Assembly: GCF_035594765.1 (NCBI RefSeq)
Contig: NC_085845.1
Location: 186,822,897-186,886,896 of the forward strand
DNA: 64,000 nt
Direction: 5' to 3'
From: Anolis carolinensis
Lineage: Eukaryota
Shown: positions 7,733-21,054 of the stretch, in pieces
Position numbering within the stretch: position 1 is the stretch's first letter
How the letters are laid out: each line of letters starts with the position of its first letter
Position numbers and translations under genes: made by a program
The notes under the pieces: model-generated
Told to the model about the DNA's origin: nothing
The model's input: the letters and a program-made list of their open reading frames with translations, nothing else
Database searches by the model: none

Positions 7733-9409
7733 GGTTATTGTTGATACCATATTGTTTTTGTTGCCCCTACTTTTCCACTTATAGAGCTAGTTTATTGTTT
7801 TTCTTTGAAATATGGTAAATATTCAAAAACATTTAACCTACTGATGCCTTGATTAATGAAATTTTTTTGGTATCTATTTTTATTTTTAAATTTACCCGTA
7901 GCTGTTGCATTTCCCACCCTCGGCTTATACTCGAATCAATAAGTTATCCCAGTTTTTTGTGGTAAAATTAGGTTCCTCAGCTTATATTCTGGTTGGCTTA
8001 TACTCGAGTATATACGGTACTTAATGGAAGTTGTTTTTTATATGGCACATGTAAAACCAGACTCTGTTTCTTAAAATGGTCAACTTATTGGGGGAAGAGT
8101 TATTTTAATGTTTTAATGTATTGAATTATATCCTACCTTTCTCTCAAGAAAGTGTTCAGGGTGTGAATGGATGTAAATGGGCACAAAAATGTTTTGGTTT
8201 TTTTGTAAACAGTTAAATTGTAAACCTTTTAGAATCACTGGAAGTGTGGGTTTAGATCCAAAATGTGTGGAAAGAAGGAGCTGTGGACAGATATGCTGCT
8301 GAAGACCCATGAGAGCTAGACAGAAAATTGAAATGGCTCAGGACTTATTCTGTAGGCATTCAGTAGATATCAACAATGGAGGATTTAGGATATATAGGCA
8401 TGGAAGGTCTAATAAAGTTGGAAAATGGTTTCATGAAGTTTGTGATCTACTGCTCTTGTACAACAAAGACTGTTGAAATAATAAGACAAGAAATGCGGAG
8501 AGCTACAGAAATTAATTAACTTTTAAATCTGATCTACGCCATTGAACTCTCTTGAGACCTGTTTTAAGGGTTAGGTACAAAGTGGAGTTTTTCTCTCCTC
8601 ACTTCTCAGTTTTCAATTCTACTTCCTTTTCCCTTCCTCTATACTTATCTCTACATGGAATTTGTTTTTAAGACCTAAGTTTCCTGGTTTCAGGAAATAA
8701 AATCCACTCGCCCCTCCTTGAAAACCCATTTGGGGCTTCTTGCTGGCACACATACAACAGCCTAGTTATATTTTCATGACTTTTATAGGAATAAGAACTG
8801 TTTTCATTGGCATTAGTTACCTTGTCTTATAAATGCCATGGAAGAGTGAAAAGCTGTGTATGAAAATGATGAGGACTTGTGGCGAAAGCTCACAAACAGG
8901 ACCCCAAATTGACTATTTGAACTTGCTAGCATTCATTTTTACAGTGCCAAATTAACTGTTGTCAATATCAGTCCTCCTGGATTGGATTTTAGATAAAATG
9001 AGGAAATTAGTCTATTCTTTGAATAACGTTACTAAGTAAATTTTACGTTTTCAAAATGTATGGTCAACTAAACTGTGGCAGTAATTAACAGTATTGGGTA
9101 TATTCCTTAGAGAGTGGAACCTTTCCTTCTGGATAGCCATATAAATATCTGAAGGCAGAGACTACAAAGTGTATTTCAAAGATGACAGTGTCAGCAAATC
9201 TATATTTATAATCTATATAAAAAAGATTTATGAGGTGGTTATGTATCTTTTTGTTACCCATATATGCTTTGATAAACACAAATGTAAAATTGGTCTTACG
9301 ATTTCACTGAATATATCTAGTGAAAAAGATGTTTAGTTATATTATGTGTTATAAGTTTCCAAGCTGAAGTGGCTACATGCTAAAATCTACACAATTTAGT
9401 AAAAGTGAA

Positions 9410-9410
<1 letters not shown>

Positions 9411-9446
<36 letters not shown>
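9411..9446. repeat. (GT)n microsatellite
   Basis: Directly visible. Confidence 0.95.
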
Positions 9447-9448
<2 letters not shown>

Positions 9449-9710
9449 TTATATTTTTAGAGTATTCTGTCAGCCATTTGTTATCATCATTTTCATTATC
9501 TTTCGAACCATCCTGAATAATTCAAAATTCTGATTATATGACACAGATCTTATCTGGAATACAATCTGATCTGGAACATAATTCAAATTAAAACATTCTG
9601 CCAGTTAGCATAGAAAAGTACTAATATTTTTTATAAAGCAGTTCATTGGTAGAACACAATACGATGGTTGACAGCAGAGAGATGAGGAGAGCCTAATGAG
9701 AGATTATGTA

Positions 9711-10159
9711 CAGTAGAATCTCACTTATCCAACATTTGTTACCCAACATTCTGGATTATCCAATGCAGTTTGCCTCCCGCCCTGATCCACAACTGTTTCT
9801 CCAGGCAGCAAAGATTGAACTTTTTATGGATTTAATGTCTGACAATGTTGCTTCTGTAAGTTCATTTTATGCAATTTGTAGTCTAGCCAATGTTTTTTTA
9901 GACAATTTTTTCAATATATTGCAATGTTTTGGTGCTAAATTCAGAAATATAGTAATTACTACATAAAATTACTACATAACATGGACTGCTTTTTCTGTCG
10001 ATTTATTGTAAAACATGATGTTTTTGGTGCTTAATTTGTAAAATCATAACGTAATTTGACATTTAATAGGCTTTTCCTTAATCCCTCCTTATTAGCTAAC
10101 ATTTTCGCTTATCCAACGTTCTGCCGGCCCGTTTATGTTGGATAAGTGAGACTCTAGTG
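9711..10159. mobile_element. Tigger/pogo-type MITE
   Basis: TIRs cagtagaatctcacttatccaac / gttggataagtgagactctagtg with TA on both sides. Confidence 0.85.
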
Positions 10160-11259
10160 TATCTTGTAAAATTAAAGTTTCCTGACTCTTCTGCAAAAAT
10201 CATCTTTCATATTGAACAATGTTTAAACAGTTATTACTGTGAATCCCTTATTGTCATCTTGATAATATATATTGTAATAGATACATGAAATAAACTAATC
10301 TTCACAGGAGTCTCTTGTCTAAATTTGAAATAGAGGGAGTGATATAAAACTAACTGACCTTATACATCCAGTTTTGTTCCATAGATGGCATAATCACAGA
10401 GAAAACAGTCTTCTGCATCTTTAATGTCAAACTTCTTCAATTAACTGTAAACAGAACAGATGGGATACAGACAGGACCCTAATCTTCTCTGGGTCATCTG
10501 CTGAAGCAAACAAGGTCAAAAGAACATATAATCAAAGGGTATCTGAATGGCTAATGTTGAACAGTTTAATCATTCTTTGGCTAACAGCTTTTAAAATCTC
10601 ACTTATCTTAAATCATCAGTTCTTTAACTTCATTGTATCAGAGACTTGTTTGTTCTGGCTTCCTTGTTGTCTGCTCTGTATGGGTATTTCAGAAGATGGT
10701 ATTTAGAAGGCCCCTCTATAGTGACAGATCCACACATGGCTGTAGTAGTGTTACATATCTAATCTGGAACACTGTGCATGCAATGGGATACTAACATGGA
10801 CACTAAAATTTATCAGATGCACTCTTACGTTACTACTGTTTTTCAGAAAGATGTTCTGAAAGAAAGCACCTTGGCTTGTAGAACATCTAGAAGATCCTGT
10901 ACCTGGATTTAACTATTAGCTGGGACCCCTTTGGCTGGCGCCACCCTTGATATTTTGCATAATATATTATTATATTACAAAACAGCTGAACTCTTTGACT
11001 TTCCCCTACACAGAAAGATGCCTTATACCAAGTCAAATGTCTGTTCCGTCCAGCTCAGCATTGTCTCCATTGATTGCCAGCAGCCTTCCTAGAAGTTAAA
11101 ATATTTCTCAGTTCTCTCTTTTTTGAGAAGGCCTTTGCATAGCTAGTGTCCAATTTTCAAGTTTCAAAACAAGATTAAAATACTGCTTGTTTTGTCATGT
11201 TAAATTTACCAATTTGAGGATTTTTGGGTTGTGTGTTTTCCGGGCTGTATGGCCATGTT

Positions 11260-12062
11260 AAAATTAATTGCCGGAAGAAACATTAACAACCTTAGGTATG
11301 CAGATGATACCACTCTCATGGCTGAAAGTGAGGAAGAGCTGAGGAGCCTTATCACCAAGGTGAAAGAAGAAAGTGCAAAAGCTGGGTTGCAGTTAAACGT
11401 CAAGAAAACCAAGATCATGGCAACTACACCTATTGATAACTGGCAAATAGAAGGAGAAAACGTGGAGGCAGTGACAGACTTTATATTTCTAGACGCGAAG
11501 ATCACTGCAGATGCAGACTGTAGCCAGGAAATCAGTTTACTTCTTGAGAGGAGAGCAATGGCCAACCTTGACAAAAGAGCAGAGACATCACACTGGCAAC
11601 GAAGGTCCGCATAGTCAAAGCAATGGTATTCCCCATAGTAACCTATGGATGCGAGAGCTGGACCATAAGGAAGGCTGAGCGAAGGAAGATAAGCACTTTT
11701 GAACTCTGGTGCTGGAGGAAAATCCTGAGAGTGCCTTGGACCGCAAGAAGATCCAACCAGTCCATCGTCCAGGAAATAATGCCCGGTTGCTCACTGGAGG
11801 GAAGGATATTAGAGGCAAAGCTGAAGTATTTTGGCCACATCATGAGGAGACAGGAAAGCTTGAAAAAGATCACGATGCTGGGGAAAATGGAAGGAAAAAG
11901 GAAGAGTGGCTGACCAAGGACAAGATGGATGGACGGTATCCTTGAAGTGACTGGCTTGACCTTGAAGGAACTGGGGGTGGCGACGGCCGACAGGGAGCTC
12001 TGGCGTGGACTGGTCCATAAGGTCACGAAGAGTCGGAGACGACTAAACAATTGAGCAGCAGC
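11260..12062 (+). mobile_element. 5'-truncated BovB (RTE clade) LINE inserted in a short Penelope fragment
   Basis: RNINNLRYADDTTLMAESEEEL, YGCESWT, FELWCWR motifs with frameshifts; TSD atggccatgtt (11249-11259) / atgaccatgtt (12063-12073); flanks match the Penelope sequence near 22800. Confidence 0.9.
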
Positions 12063-12109
12063 ATGACCATGTTCCAGAAGTATTCTCTCCTTCTCTCAGA
12101 GGTTGTGAG

Positions 12110-12220
12110 GATGGCCATCTGTCGGGGGTGCTTTGAATGCGATTTCCTGCTTCTTAGCAGGGGGTTGGACTGGATGGCCCATGAGGTCTCTTCCAACTCT
12201 ACTATTCTATGATTCTATGA
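12110..12220 (+). mobile_element. CR1 LINE 3' end
   Basis: ggttggactggatggccc..tccaactct..(attctatg)n terminal octamers. Confidence 0.85.
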
Positions 12221-12354
12221 TTTTTTGTCTTTTTTATTAGCTGAAAATGTCCAAGCAATTCCTGGGGTCTGGATTCAGTTAATAATCACTCAGATCACTT
12301 TGGGACAATCATTTAAAAATTACTGAAGCTTTAGGTGCTCTTACTGCCTATTAC

Positions 12355-12550
12355 AGGAGAAGAACAAACCACAGACCACTGACTACAATGCAGCATGCAC
12401 AATGGAGGACCTTCTTACAGTAACACCAGAGGCTGTCAAAGTGGCCAGCTTCTGGGCAAAGGAAATTTAGCATAATGCCAAGTTTTTAACTTTGTGGTTT
12501 TTATGTATTATAATTGTATTCTCAATTCTCTTCTGGCACAATAAATAAAT
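12355..12550 (+). mobile_element. LINE 3' end, probably Vingi
   Basis: tgcacaatggaggaccttctt..acaccagaggc..ending aataaataaat; family recalled, not verified. Confidence 0.45.
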
Positions 12551-14610
12551 TTTAAAATGCTCCTGAAATTGAATACAATTGCTCATTTGTTCAGTTGCAT
12601 ATCAGCTAATTAACAGTTTGTGAAAAAAGTTGATGAAACCTCTCACGCCATATCCAATCAGTTATTACTTTGAACTGTTAACAAGTGTGTTATTAATTAT
12701 AAATAATGTATCAACAATGAAGGAAGTCATAAAATACTGTGTGTTAGAATGTCTGGTACTCAAAAGAGCAGATGGGGCAGCATCTGCAGCATCTGCTTAG
12801 TTGTCTGTGCTACTTCACTTGAAATGTGACTGTAATGATTGCAGAAACTTGGTAGCAATTAAATTCACTCACAAGGAAATCTCGGAAATTTCTTCAGTGC
12901 TAGGTTACCACTATACAGCAAAGTTACAAATGAAGAAAATGCAGGCAACTTCTGAGTTTCCCTTCCCCAAAACCCCACCCTCCTCAGCTCCCAAAAGTTC
13001 TTCCATCCATCCTTCAGGTCTTCCAGTCTGAGCAGGTTCATGTTATCAGGCTCCTTCCTGCCCAGGGCCCCAGATGTTTTCATGCCATGATCTTGGTTAT
13101 GAAACTCAAGGCATTGAGGTGTTTGGTGTCTTGAACACACCAGATATTGATCCATGACAGTGAAAACATATATGAGCCTACCCCTGGGAAGAGAACCACT
13201 TCCAAAGAGAACTGTAGGTAGCGAGTACTATAACTAAAATATCGCTTTATGTGTATGTGAAATAATTTTGTTAGGCGTCTAGTTGCTATTTATGGTTATT
13301 GAAGGGGAATGTGAGAACATGTGTCTGTTATTTTTGAGCTGTTTTCTCTCATCATTCTTTACTGTTGGTTATACTGACTTAGAGTTGTTTGAGTTGTAAT
13401 CTGATGGCATATTGCACTGGTATCTTTACCCTTGTCGAATATCATTCAACAAGTTTCTAAAATCAGCAATAACATTGACAAAATTTATATTTCATATGTA
13501 GCTTTGTGAACTGAGTTTTATTTACCATGAAAAGAGCTAAGAAGAGATACCCATATTTACTCGAAACTAATGTTCCATTGAATCTAATGTTCACTTCAAT
13601 TTTCAAAACCCTGAAACCAAAAAAAAAAGGTTTTGCTTTCGAATGTAATGTGCAGCAGCAAAAGGCGCACTCTTTGTCATTTGGCCATTACAGTTGTGCC
13701 TGCTTAGAATTTTCTCTTTTAAAAGAAAATCAGTCATCAATCAAAACTTTATTTGTATTGCACCCCTTCTCCCCGTGGGGACTCAGGGCAGCTAATAACT
13801 CGAAATAATAAATAAAGCAAATGAGCAATATAAACAATCAATCATAAATTAAATCATCATAAAATCAATTAAACGCAAAAGTGTTAGGACATCAAAGATT
13901 TCAGCAATGGAAAGGAAAACTTTGGAGTGCATCTATGCTGTAGAATGAATCCATTTTAACTGCCTTGGTTCAATCCTATGGAGTCATGAGAGCTGTAGTT
14001 TTACAAGGGCTTGAGCCTTCTCTGCCAATGCCTCACCAGACTACAAATCCCAGATTATGTAACATTGAGTGATGGCAATTAAATTACAGACGACACCCCT
14101 TAAATAGGAGTTTCAGATGCTCCTGAAGCAACTTCCCCTATTGCTTTATCTCAGCACTAACATTACCATATTACGCAACTCTAATGCAACCCCTAGTTTT
14201 GGTAAGATAATTTAGCCAAAAAAGGTGAGCATTGGATTCGAGTAAATACAGTATACACTATCTTGATAGGACAGGTTTTTATAATATGCACTAGAAGCTG
14301 CCATTATAATGGGAAAAGTATAAAGCAAACAAAAACGTTTTCAGTTACAGAAGCAATAATACATGTAGATTTTTGTAACAAAAACAAAGTGGTATAAATT
14401 ACTAAAGCTGATGACTGCTAGAAATGAAGAACAAGAAATTGCAGTATACTTTTAAAACTTCTGATAGAGAAGGAAATCAGTTATCACCTGAGAATATTAC
14501 TTAAAGCTGACAAGCGAAGATACCTACTCTGAGTATGAAAATGCTTCAGTTAACTGATGTTGTCATATTTAGTTGGCATGTGCTCAAGTAATTACTTTCC
14601 CTTTTTACAG

Positions 14611-14746
14611 GCAAATTAAAGATCAGAATAAAAAGGTAGCAAATCTGAAACATAAAGAACAAGTGGAGAAGAAGAAAAGTGCACAGATGCTGGAAGAAGC
14701 AAGGCGGCGTGAGGATAATCTTAATGACAGTTCCCAGCAGTTGCAG
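14611..14746 (+). CDS. ERC1: ELKS/RAB6-interacting/CAST family member 1, internal coding exon (136 nt)
   Basis: tttttacag acceptor, cag|gtaa donor; QIKDQNKKVANLKHKEQVEKKKSAQMLEEARRREDNLNDSSQQLQ matches recalled vertebrate ERC1. Confidence 0.96.
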
Positions 14747-16096
14747 GTAACAAGGGATCTCACCTCTGCTACAAAGTCATTAACTCAAACTGCCTCATTT
14801 GCTTTCAGACTTACTCATAATAAAGGCATTGCTTTATGCTTAACAGCGAAGCTTTGTCCCCATAGTACCCTTAACTTCTGGATAGGCGTGACCCGTTCGG
14901 CTTCAGCAGTTTGATCTATTTTATGGTAAGTGAGCAAAGAAGGGCTCATTTCAGCTATAAATTACTAGAACAGTATTATCATCTGGACCTCAAATTTAAG
15001 ATTGTTGTGCAGTCTTGACTTCTGGCATATATAAAATATTCCATCTTAATTGCTTTGAGATATTTGAATTTAAATTTTCTACAGTGAAGAAAATCTAAGA
15101 AGCACATATGCATCAGTAAGTATTCTTGGAGTTACAGAAATATCTTTCTAGTTGTTTTGGCACAGATCATTTTCCACTCTTTAGTTTCACACCTATTCAC
15201 TACATATTTCCTTCCATCCACAAAGCCACTGACAGAGTGCCACGTTGCATTTAGTGACTCTTCACAGAATATTCCACAGCATGAAATAGACTCATTGGAT
15301 TAAATTCAGTGTTACTCCTTAGAACAAACTCACTAAAGTCAACAGAGTTTAAGTCAGCTGTGATGTGTCCTTTTCATTTTGTTGGGTCTGCTCTTAGTAG
15401 GGCTATTGTTGGAATTAGCACTGTGTAACAGTGATATGCAAGGTGTCTATTTAATGGAAGATACTGGGTTTCACCATCTTTTACTGGCCCTTGGGAAAGC
15501 TGCAGTGTCCCCATAGGGGATCCATGGAAGCTGCTCAGACCACTTACTCCCAGCAGCAGAGTGGCCACATGACAGGAACCAAGGCAAAGGCTGCCTGGAC
15601 CTGTCATACTGCAGGGATGGGGCTGAACAGCTGCGTACCTTTGCTTTCCATCAGTTGTGGCCACTGGTGGGCGTGAGGTGCTGCTGCCGCCTGTCAACTT
15701 TGTGTTTAGTAGGACAGCTGATTGGGCTGGAAAACATGTTCTAGTGGATTCCTCCTCACTTTTCCCAAAAGGAAGCAAAGAACAGAGCAATGGGAGGCAA
15801 GAGAGGGCAAAGTGGGAAGCAGTGTGGGGAGCAGCTGAGGCAGGATGGGGTAGCGGCAAGATGGACAGAAGGGGGAAGACATGTATAAATGCCTTTCCTT
15901 GCCTGCTGCTGCTTCTCTTTGCATCACTCGTGCCCCATTCTCTCCCCAGCTGTGTAAATTCTTATTTTTATTGACTTTCATTAAAATAAAAATTAAGTAT
16001 TTCACACCAGTAACTCTTCTTTTGCTTGTCTTTATAGCTTTCAGAATTTTTTTCCTGTTTGATAGCACCTCATTCAAACATGTTAGAAATCCACAG

Positions 16097-16551
16097 GAAT
16101 CATAGAATCAGAGTTTGAAGAGACCTTGTGGGCTATCGAGTCCAACCCCTTTCTAAGAAGCAGGACAATCGCATTCAAAGCACCCCTGGGAGTTGGCCGT
16201 CCAGACTCTGTTTAAAAGCCTCCAAAGAAGGAGCCTCCACCACACTCAGGGGCAGAGAAGTTCCACTGCTGAATGAACACTTCTCATAGTTAGGAAGTTT
16301 TTTCTAATATTGAGATGGAATCTCCTTTCCTGTAGGTTGAAGCCATTGTTCCGTGCCCTAGTCTCCAGGGTAGCCGAAAACAAGCCTGCTCTCTCTCCTC
16401 CCTATGACTTCTCCTCACATATTTATACATGGCCATCATGTCTCCTCTCAATCTTTTCTTCTGCAGGCTAAACATGCCCAGCTCTTTAAGCCGCTCCTCA
16501 TAGGGCTTGTTCTTCAAACCCTTGATCATTTTAGTTGCCCTCCTCTGGAAC
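16097..16551 (-). mobile_element. CR1 LINE 3' fragment
   Basis: [31 protein letters not shown] motif; catagaatca terminal repeat. Confidence 0.9.
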
Positions 16552-19500
16552 TAATTAATTAATTATGTTTTGATATGTTCTTCAAAATTATTTTCCAGAC
16601 AGGATGAGAGCAATTATTCCAAATAACTGATTTTCTTTTATCTCTCCAGAAATTAAATTAAATGAAAAAGTCAAGCATAGGCAGATACTTTGTAGGTTGT
16701 CATTGCTAGGCTTGAGATCAGTATATAGAAGCATCAGTTTTAGATAACTTTGATTTTTATCATTTTGTTTGGAGTTAATAGTTGATTGCATAACGATCCC
16801 TATTATTAAGTGTGATTGCTGTTTTCTAAAAGTGAAAACTTATAAGCATAAGATGATGATTGAGAAACAAGTGAAACAATGACAAAAGCTATATCATATC
16901 AGCCAGTTAAACCAATTATTTTAATTAATTGCTGGTCCACAGGATCTGCATCCACATCTTCAACTAACCATGGTTTGAAATATTGGATGGGGGATCTAAA
17001 AAGCAAAAGCTTGATTTTGCCCCTTCCCAAGAATTTGCTGGTATGTGGACATAGTGTGATATAGCCTCCAGCCATTTCACAAATCTTCAGACCCTTTCCA
17101 ATACTTCTTTGAGTTGCTTGTCATTGCATATGATGGGATTGGAGCATTCCCTGATTTTTATATCCATGGGGGTGGCGTGTGTGTGCTGAAACCAAACCAT
17201 AGTGGACACCAATCGCCCACTACATTGTCCATATTAATATATCTTAAATCAGTTTTTGAAAGGATAGTTGAAATATTGCCTCTGTAAAATGAACGCAAGA
17301 GCTGAAATTTTCCAGCACACATTTTAGCCCAGGGTTTCTGTTTCGTAAGTAAGCAGTGGCACTTAGGCTGCTTTATCTCCAGTTCTTGCTTTAGCATCTC
17401 ATCATGTTCACCATAAATACAGGATGAGCATTAGAGTCCAGAAACCTCACCTCTATAAAATAAGTTCTAGTGTATGCACAGAAAGTGCTTTTTAACTGAC
17501 ATTGGTTTCTAGTCCAGCCCCTAGATGCCATTTATCTTTCAAGCCAAAGTGGATGATGATCTCCTGAAGAGGACTTTTGAAGTTCTGCTTATCACCAGTG
17601 TTATGTTCTAATGCAGTATAATCAGTATGCAAACTGCAGCTCTATATGCCCTTACTTGGGAACCAGTTCCATTGAATTCCAATTGAATTTACATCTGAGT
17701 AGACATAGGATTGTACTATACGCATATTGGCTGAGATCTTTCAGTGTTTTTTTAATGGATCTGGCCTCTATCTTTTCAAGAGAATAACAATAATAGGATG
17801 CAAAAATCTAAACAATCTCAGTCTTACAAAATTAAGAATGTTATTTCCAACATAGCAAATTAACCTAGTGCTTTGGAGTATAGATGGCTCACGTGAAACA
17901 GTCTTGAGGCGTGATATCTTATTCTTTGCATCGAAGTTAGATAACTGCAGATCAAAAACAAAGTTAGATCTGGATTTATCAGCAAATTCTTCTTTATTCT
18001 GAATATTTCTGAATGAAGTTTACATTGTTTGCTTGAATTACAAATATTTGCTTTCTATCAGGCATGAAAAATGCATGTGGAAACTATTATATGATTTCAC
18101 ATTCTTTATTCTTCACATGTTCAGTTTCTAAAGTTATTTTAACTGGACAAATAATTCTACTCTAGAATAGAACTAGAAATTCCACAGAAGATTCTGAATG
18201 TAACAACCTGGATTAGAGATAAAATTAAAAAAACTTACTGAGTATTTTATGCAATACACTCTGCACACTATAATTTTCTTGGTCTATTTGGAATGAACTG
18301 AGAAGATAATTTTAATTTAAACATCTTCAGAAGGTGCTGAAAGAAAATGCAGTCATTCTTGATGCCAGTAGAGGCAATTTATGAAGATCAGTGATCGTCA
18401 CCTTGTAATCCTCATTTCAGCATATGCTGAACATTTTCCCTTAGATCCCCTTTTCTTGTTCCTCAAATCAAGATTTTGAGCTTTTGCCATCACTACACAA
18501 AAAGTCACACTCCTCTGTTGTGAATGAAGTACCCGTCTTTGAGGTTTTTGGAATTTCTACATTTGTCAAACATAGCAGTAGTTTGCATGGTTGAAATGAC
18601 TAATCAAAAATAACCAGGGGATTCATTAATTCTCATTTCTGGTTTCAAATAACTTTTGATGTACAATGTTAAACTTTAGAGAAGCCTAGCAAGCTTTTCT
18701 AAATTTATTAAGAGTGGTTATGAAGTAGTGCAAATTGGAAGGTTTAATTATGTGTACATAGTTAAAGTTCAGTCTAGAGCATTTTGTAGGTGATCATCTA
18801 TCATAATAAGCACAGAAGAAAAACTGTTTCATTCTTCAATTTTAGAAGAAAAGCATGTTCACATTTGTGTGAATGCATTAATGAACATTTTTCAAGCTTT
18901 CAAAAAGCATCTATCGCACATTTCAGGCTTCTGATAACATGGCTTAAATTTATAGAGATTAATTGTGAAAAGAGTCTTTTCCTTTTCCTAAAGAGCAGAA
19001 TGTTTCAGATACAATTTATTTTACTGTCTTTCTCCTATCCCCTGTCCTTTGTTTTTTCACACATTTTACTGTGGTAATGCCATATGACAGGGCTTGATTG
19101 AGAGATAATAATATACTCTTTCAAAAAGCAGAACATTTGTCTTGATCAAACTACTAACAGCAATATACATCCCTTCCAGTTTCCTATATTAAGCCTATCA
19201 GCTCTTGAGTGCCTCAAATCTGAATGCTTGCTTTATGCTGCACCATCTGCCTACTAACTTGCTCTGGAGACGCATGTGAATTTGTGTCTTTTTGCACAGC
19301 GACACATTGTCAACTGTATCACCTAATCTAATGCAAAGAGCACTACTACCACTGCTGATCTCTTCATCTGCTAACTTTCACATTATCTGTGCTATTCACC
19401 TGTGCAGCTCTTTCTTCAATTTACTTCTTCTTTCCACTGTGTGAAGATCTGTCTTTCTGGGCTTTCATCCCTTGAAAGTAACTTCGTTAGCACAGCCCAA

Positions 19501-19561
19501 GCGGAATTTCTTCTGCTTATTAAATCCAAGCTATTTCATCTGATATCCTATCATTTTCCAG

Positions 19562-19693
19562 GACAATCTGCGAAAGAAAGATGATCGGATTGAGGAACTA
19601 GAAGAAGCACTGAGGGAGAGTGTGCAAATTACTGCAGAGCGAGAAATGGTACTCGCTCAAGAAGAGTCAGCCAGGACACATGCTGAAAAACAG
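19562..19693 (+). CDS. ERC1: ERC1 132-nt phase 0/0 exon (44 aa, skippable in frame)
   Basis: ttttccag acceptor, cag|gtctgc donor; DNLRKKDDRIEELEEALRESVQITAEREMVLAQEESARTHAEKQ; not shown in the ORF track. Confidence 0.95.
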
Positions 19694-20849
19694 GTCTGCA
19701 CACTTGAGGTCTGCACACTTGAGTGCTTCTATTGCAGTTTAGGAAGTACTATTAGATGTAATCACTTTGAACTAGTTCAGTTCCATTTTTTTCAGTGAAA
19801 AGCGAATCCCTTGGCAGACATGAATAAAGACAGCTTGCTTTATTTTGCTTTTAAGATATATATCTTCTTTGAAATTTGGGAATAATATTCTAATTGTTGC
19901 CCTAAGGTTTATCTCTTGAAGAAGTAGTCCTTCTTGAGAATAATTTACAGACAATGTGATTTTGCATTAAAGAGCAGTTTGTAACTGAGCTAATTTAAAG
20001 GTTTGCTTGTCTTTATAACACAGATAATTGTTACTCCCTGTCCTTAAAAGAGCAACATGGAAAATGCCTCTAAGATAGGAGAAACCAGGTCCCTTGACTA
20101 TTCATCCCAGAGTTTTTTTAGGTAAAGTTCTCTAACGTTGGATTACTTTTCACACATTAGACACAGGTTAACCTTGGAGTCATCACAGGAGATCTTCATG
20201 TACAGCAGTGAGTGAAATACAGTTTGAGGAGAATGCTATTCAACAAAACAACAAAACACCTCATACTGTTTAACAGTGTAATAAAACTATAAAAACATAC
20301 AGTACCAAAAATGAATGATAGATGTAATAATATATGTGTTTATAGTCATATAATGACTGTCAATTTGGTTTCAACAATCTAGTCTTTGTTCCGTCCCATA
20401 TGAAATAAATCTGGTTGTTGGAAGAAAAAAATCTTCACTACCTCCAAATGGTTGAGACTAGTGCAGAACCTTCCCTATTCTCAAATCCCTGATCCCTGAG
20501 AAAACCAAACAGTGGTTGCATTCCATCCTAGGCTTCACTCTGATCTTTGATAGTTGTGAAGGAGATGTGGAAACCAGATAAACAAGGTTTATCTGGCTTT
20601 AGCATCTCCTTTGATTTTGATTTTGGTACAAAATAGTGAAACAATTTAAATTACATAATTATAAATCTATAATTCGTTAGCAAGGATTCTCTTCTGTTTG
20701 GTTTTAAGGATTATAAAATACTGAAGGTATTACAAGTTCCACAGTAAACTGTTCACTCCTTAATGCATGGTACCAATTCTAATCTCTTTGCCTTCATTAG
20801 TTATTTAATTGCCCTTATTATTATGCACCCTGTAAACATGTATAGAATC

Positions 20850-21054
20850 AACCCTCCATAACCACAGATTTGCAGCCATTGACTCAATCAATTACTTCTT
20901 GAAAAAATATATATTTAAAACTTGATTTTGCCATTTTATAGGAATAATACCATTTTACGACGCCATTGTTTATAATGGGACTTGAGCATCCATGGATTTT
21001 GTCCTCCACGGTGGGTCATGGAACCAAGCCCAAGCAGATACTAAGGACCCACTG
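20850..21054. mobile_element. Degenerate Tigger-like MITE
   Basis: ccctccata..gagcatccatggatttt..ggacccactg-TA end; related fragments at ~16960-17210. Confidence 0.55.

Larger units (their letters stand above)
308..8017. mobile_element. Non-autonomous Tc1/mariner (Tc2/pogo-like) DNA transposon, ~1.2 kb, split by nested insertions
   Basis: TIRs ccatatatactcga (308) / tcgagtatatacgg (8017), flanked by TA at 306-307 and 8018-8019; subterminal ggcttatactcga-type repeats. Confidence 0.75.

Noticed and set aside
7603-7818. Poly-Ile ORFs (also 24260-24635)
   Set aside because: Translations of (ATT)n microsatellites
14573-14914. ORF-track extents around ERC1 exons (also 33517-33720)
   Set aside because: Homology stops at canonical splice sites; extensions are intronic
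15374-16105. Cluster of overlapping ORFs
   Set aside because: No recognisable domain or convincing splice sites; modest local GC rise explains them
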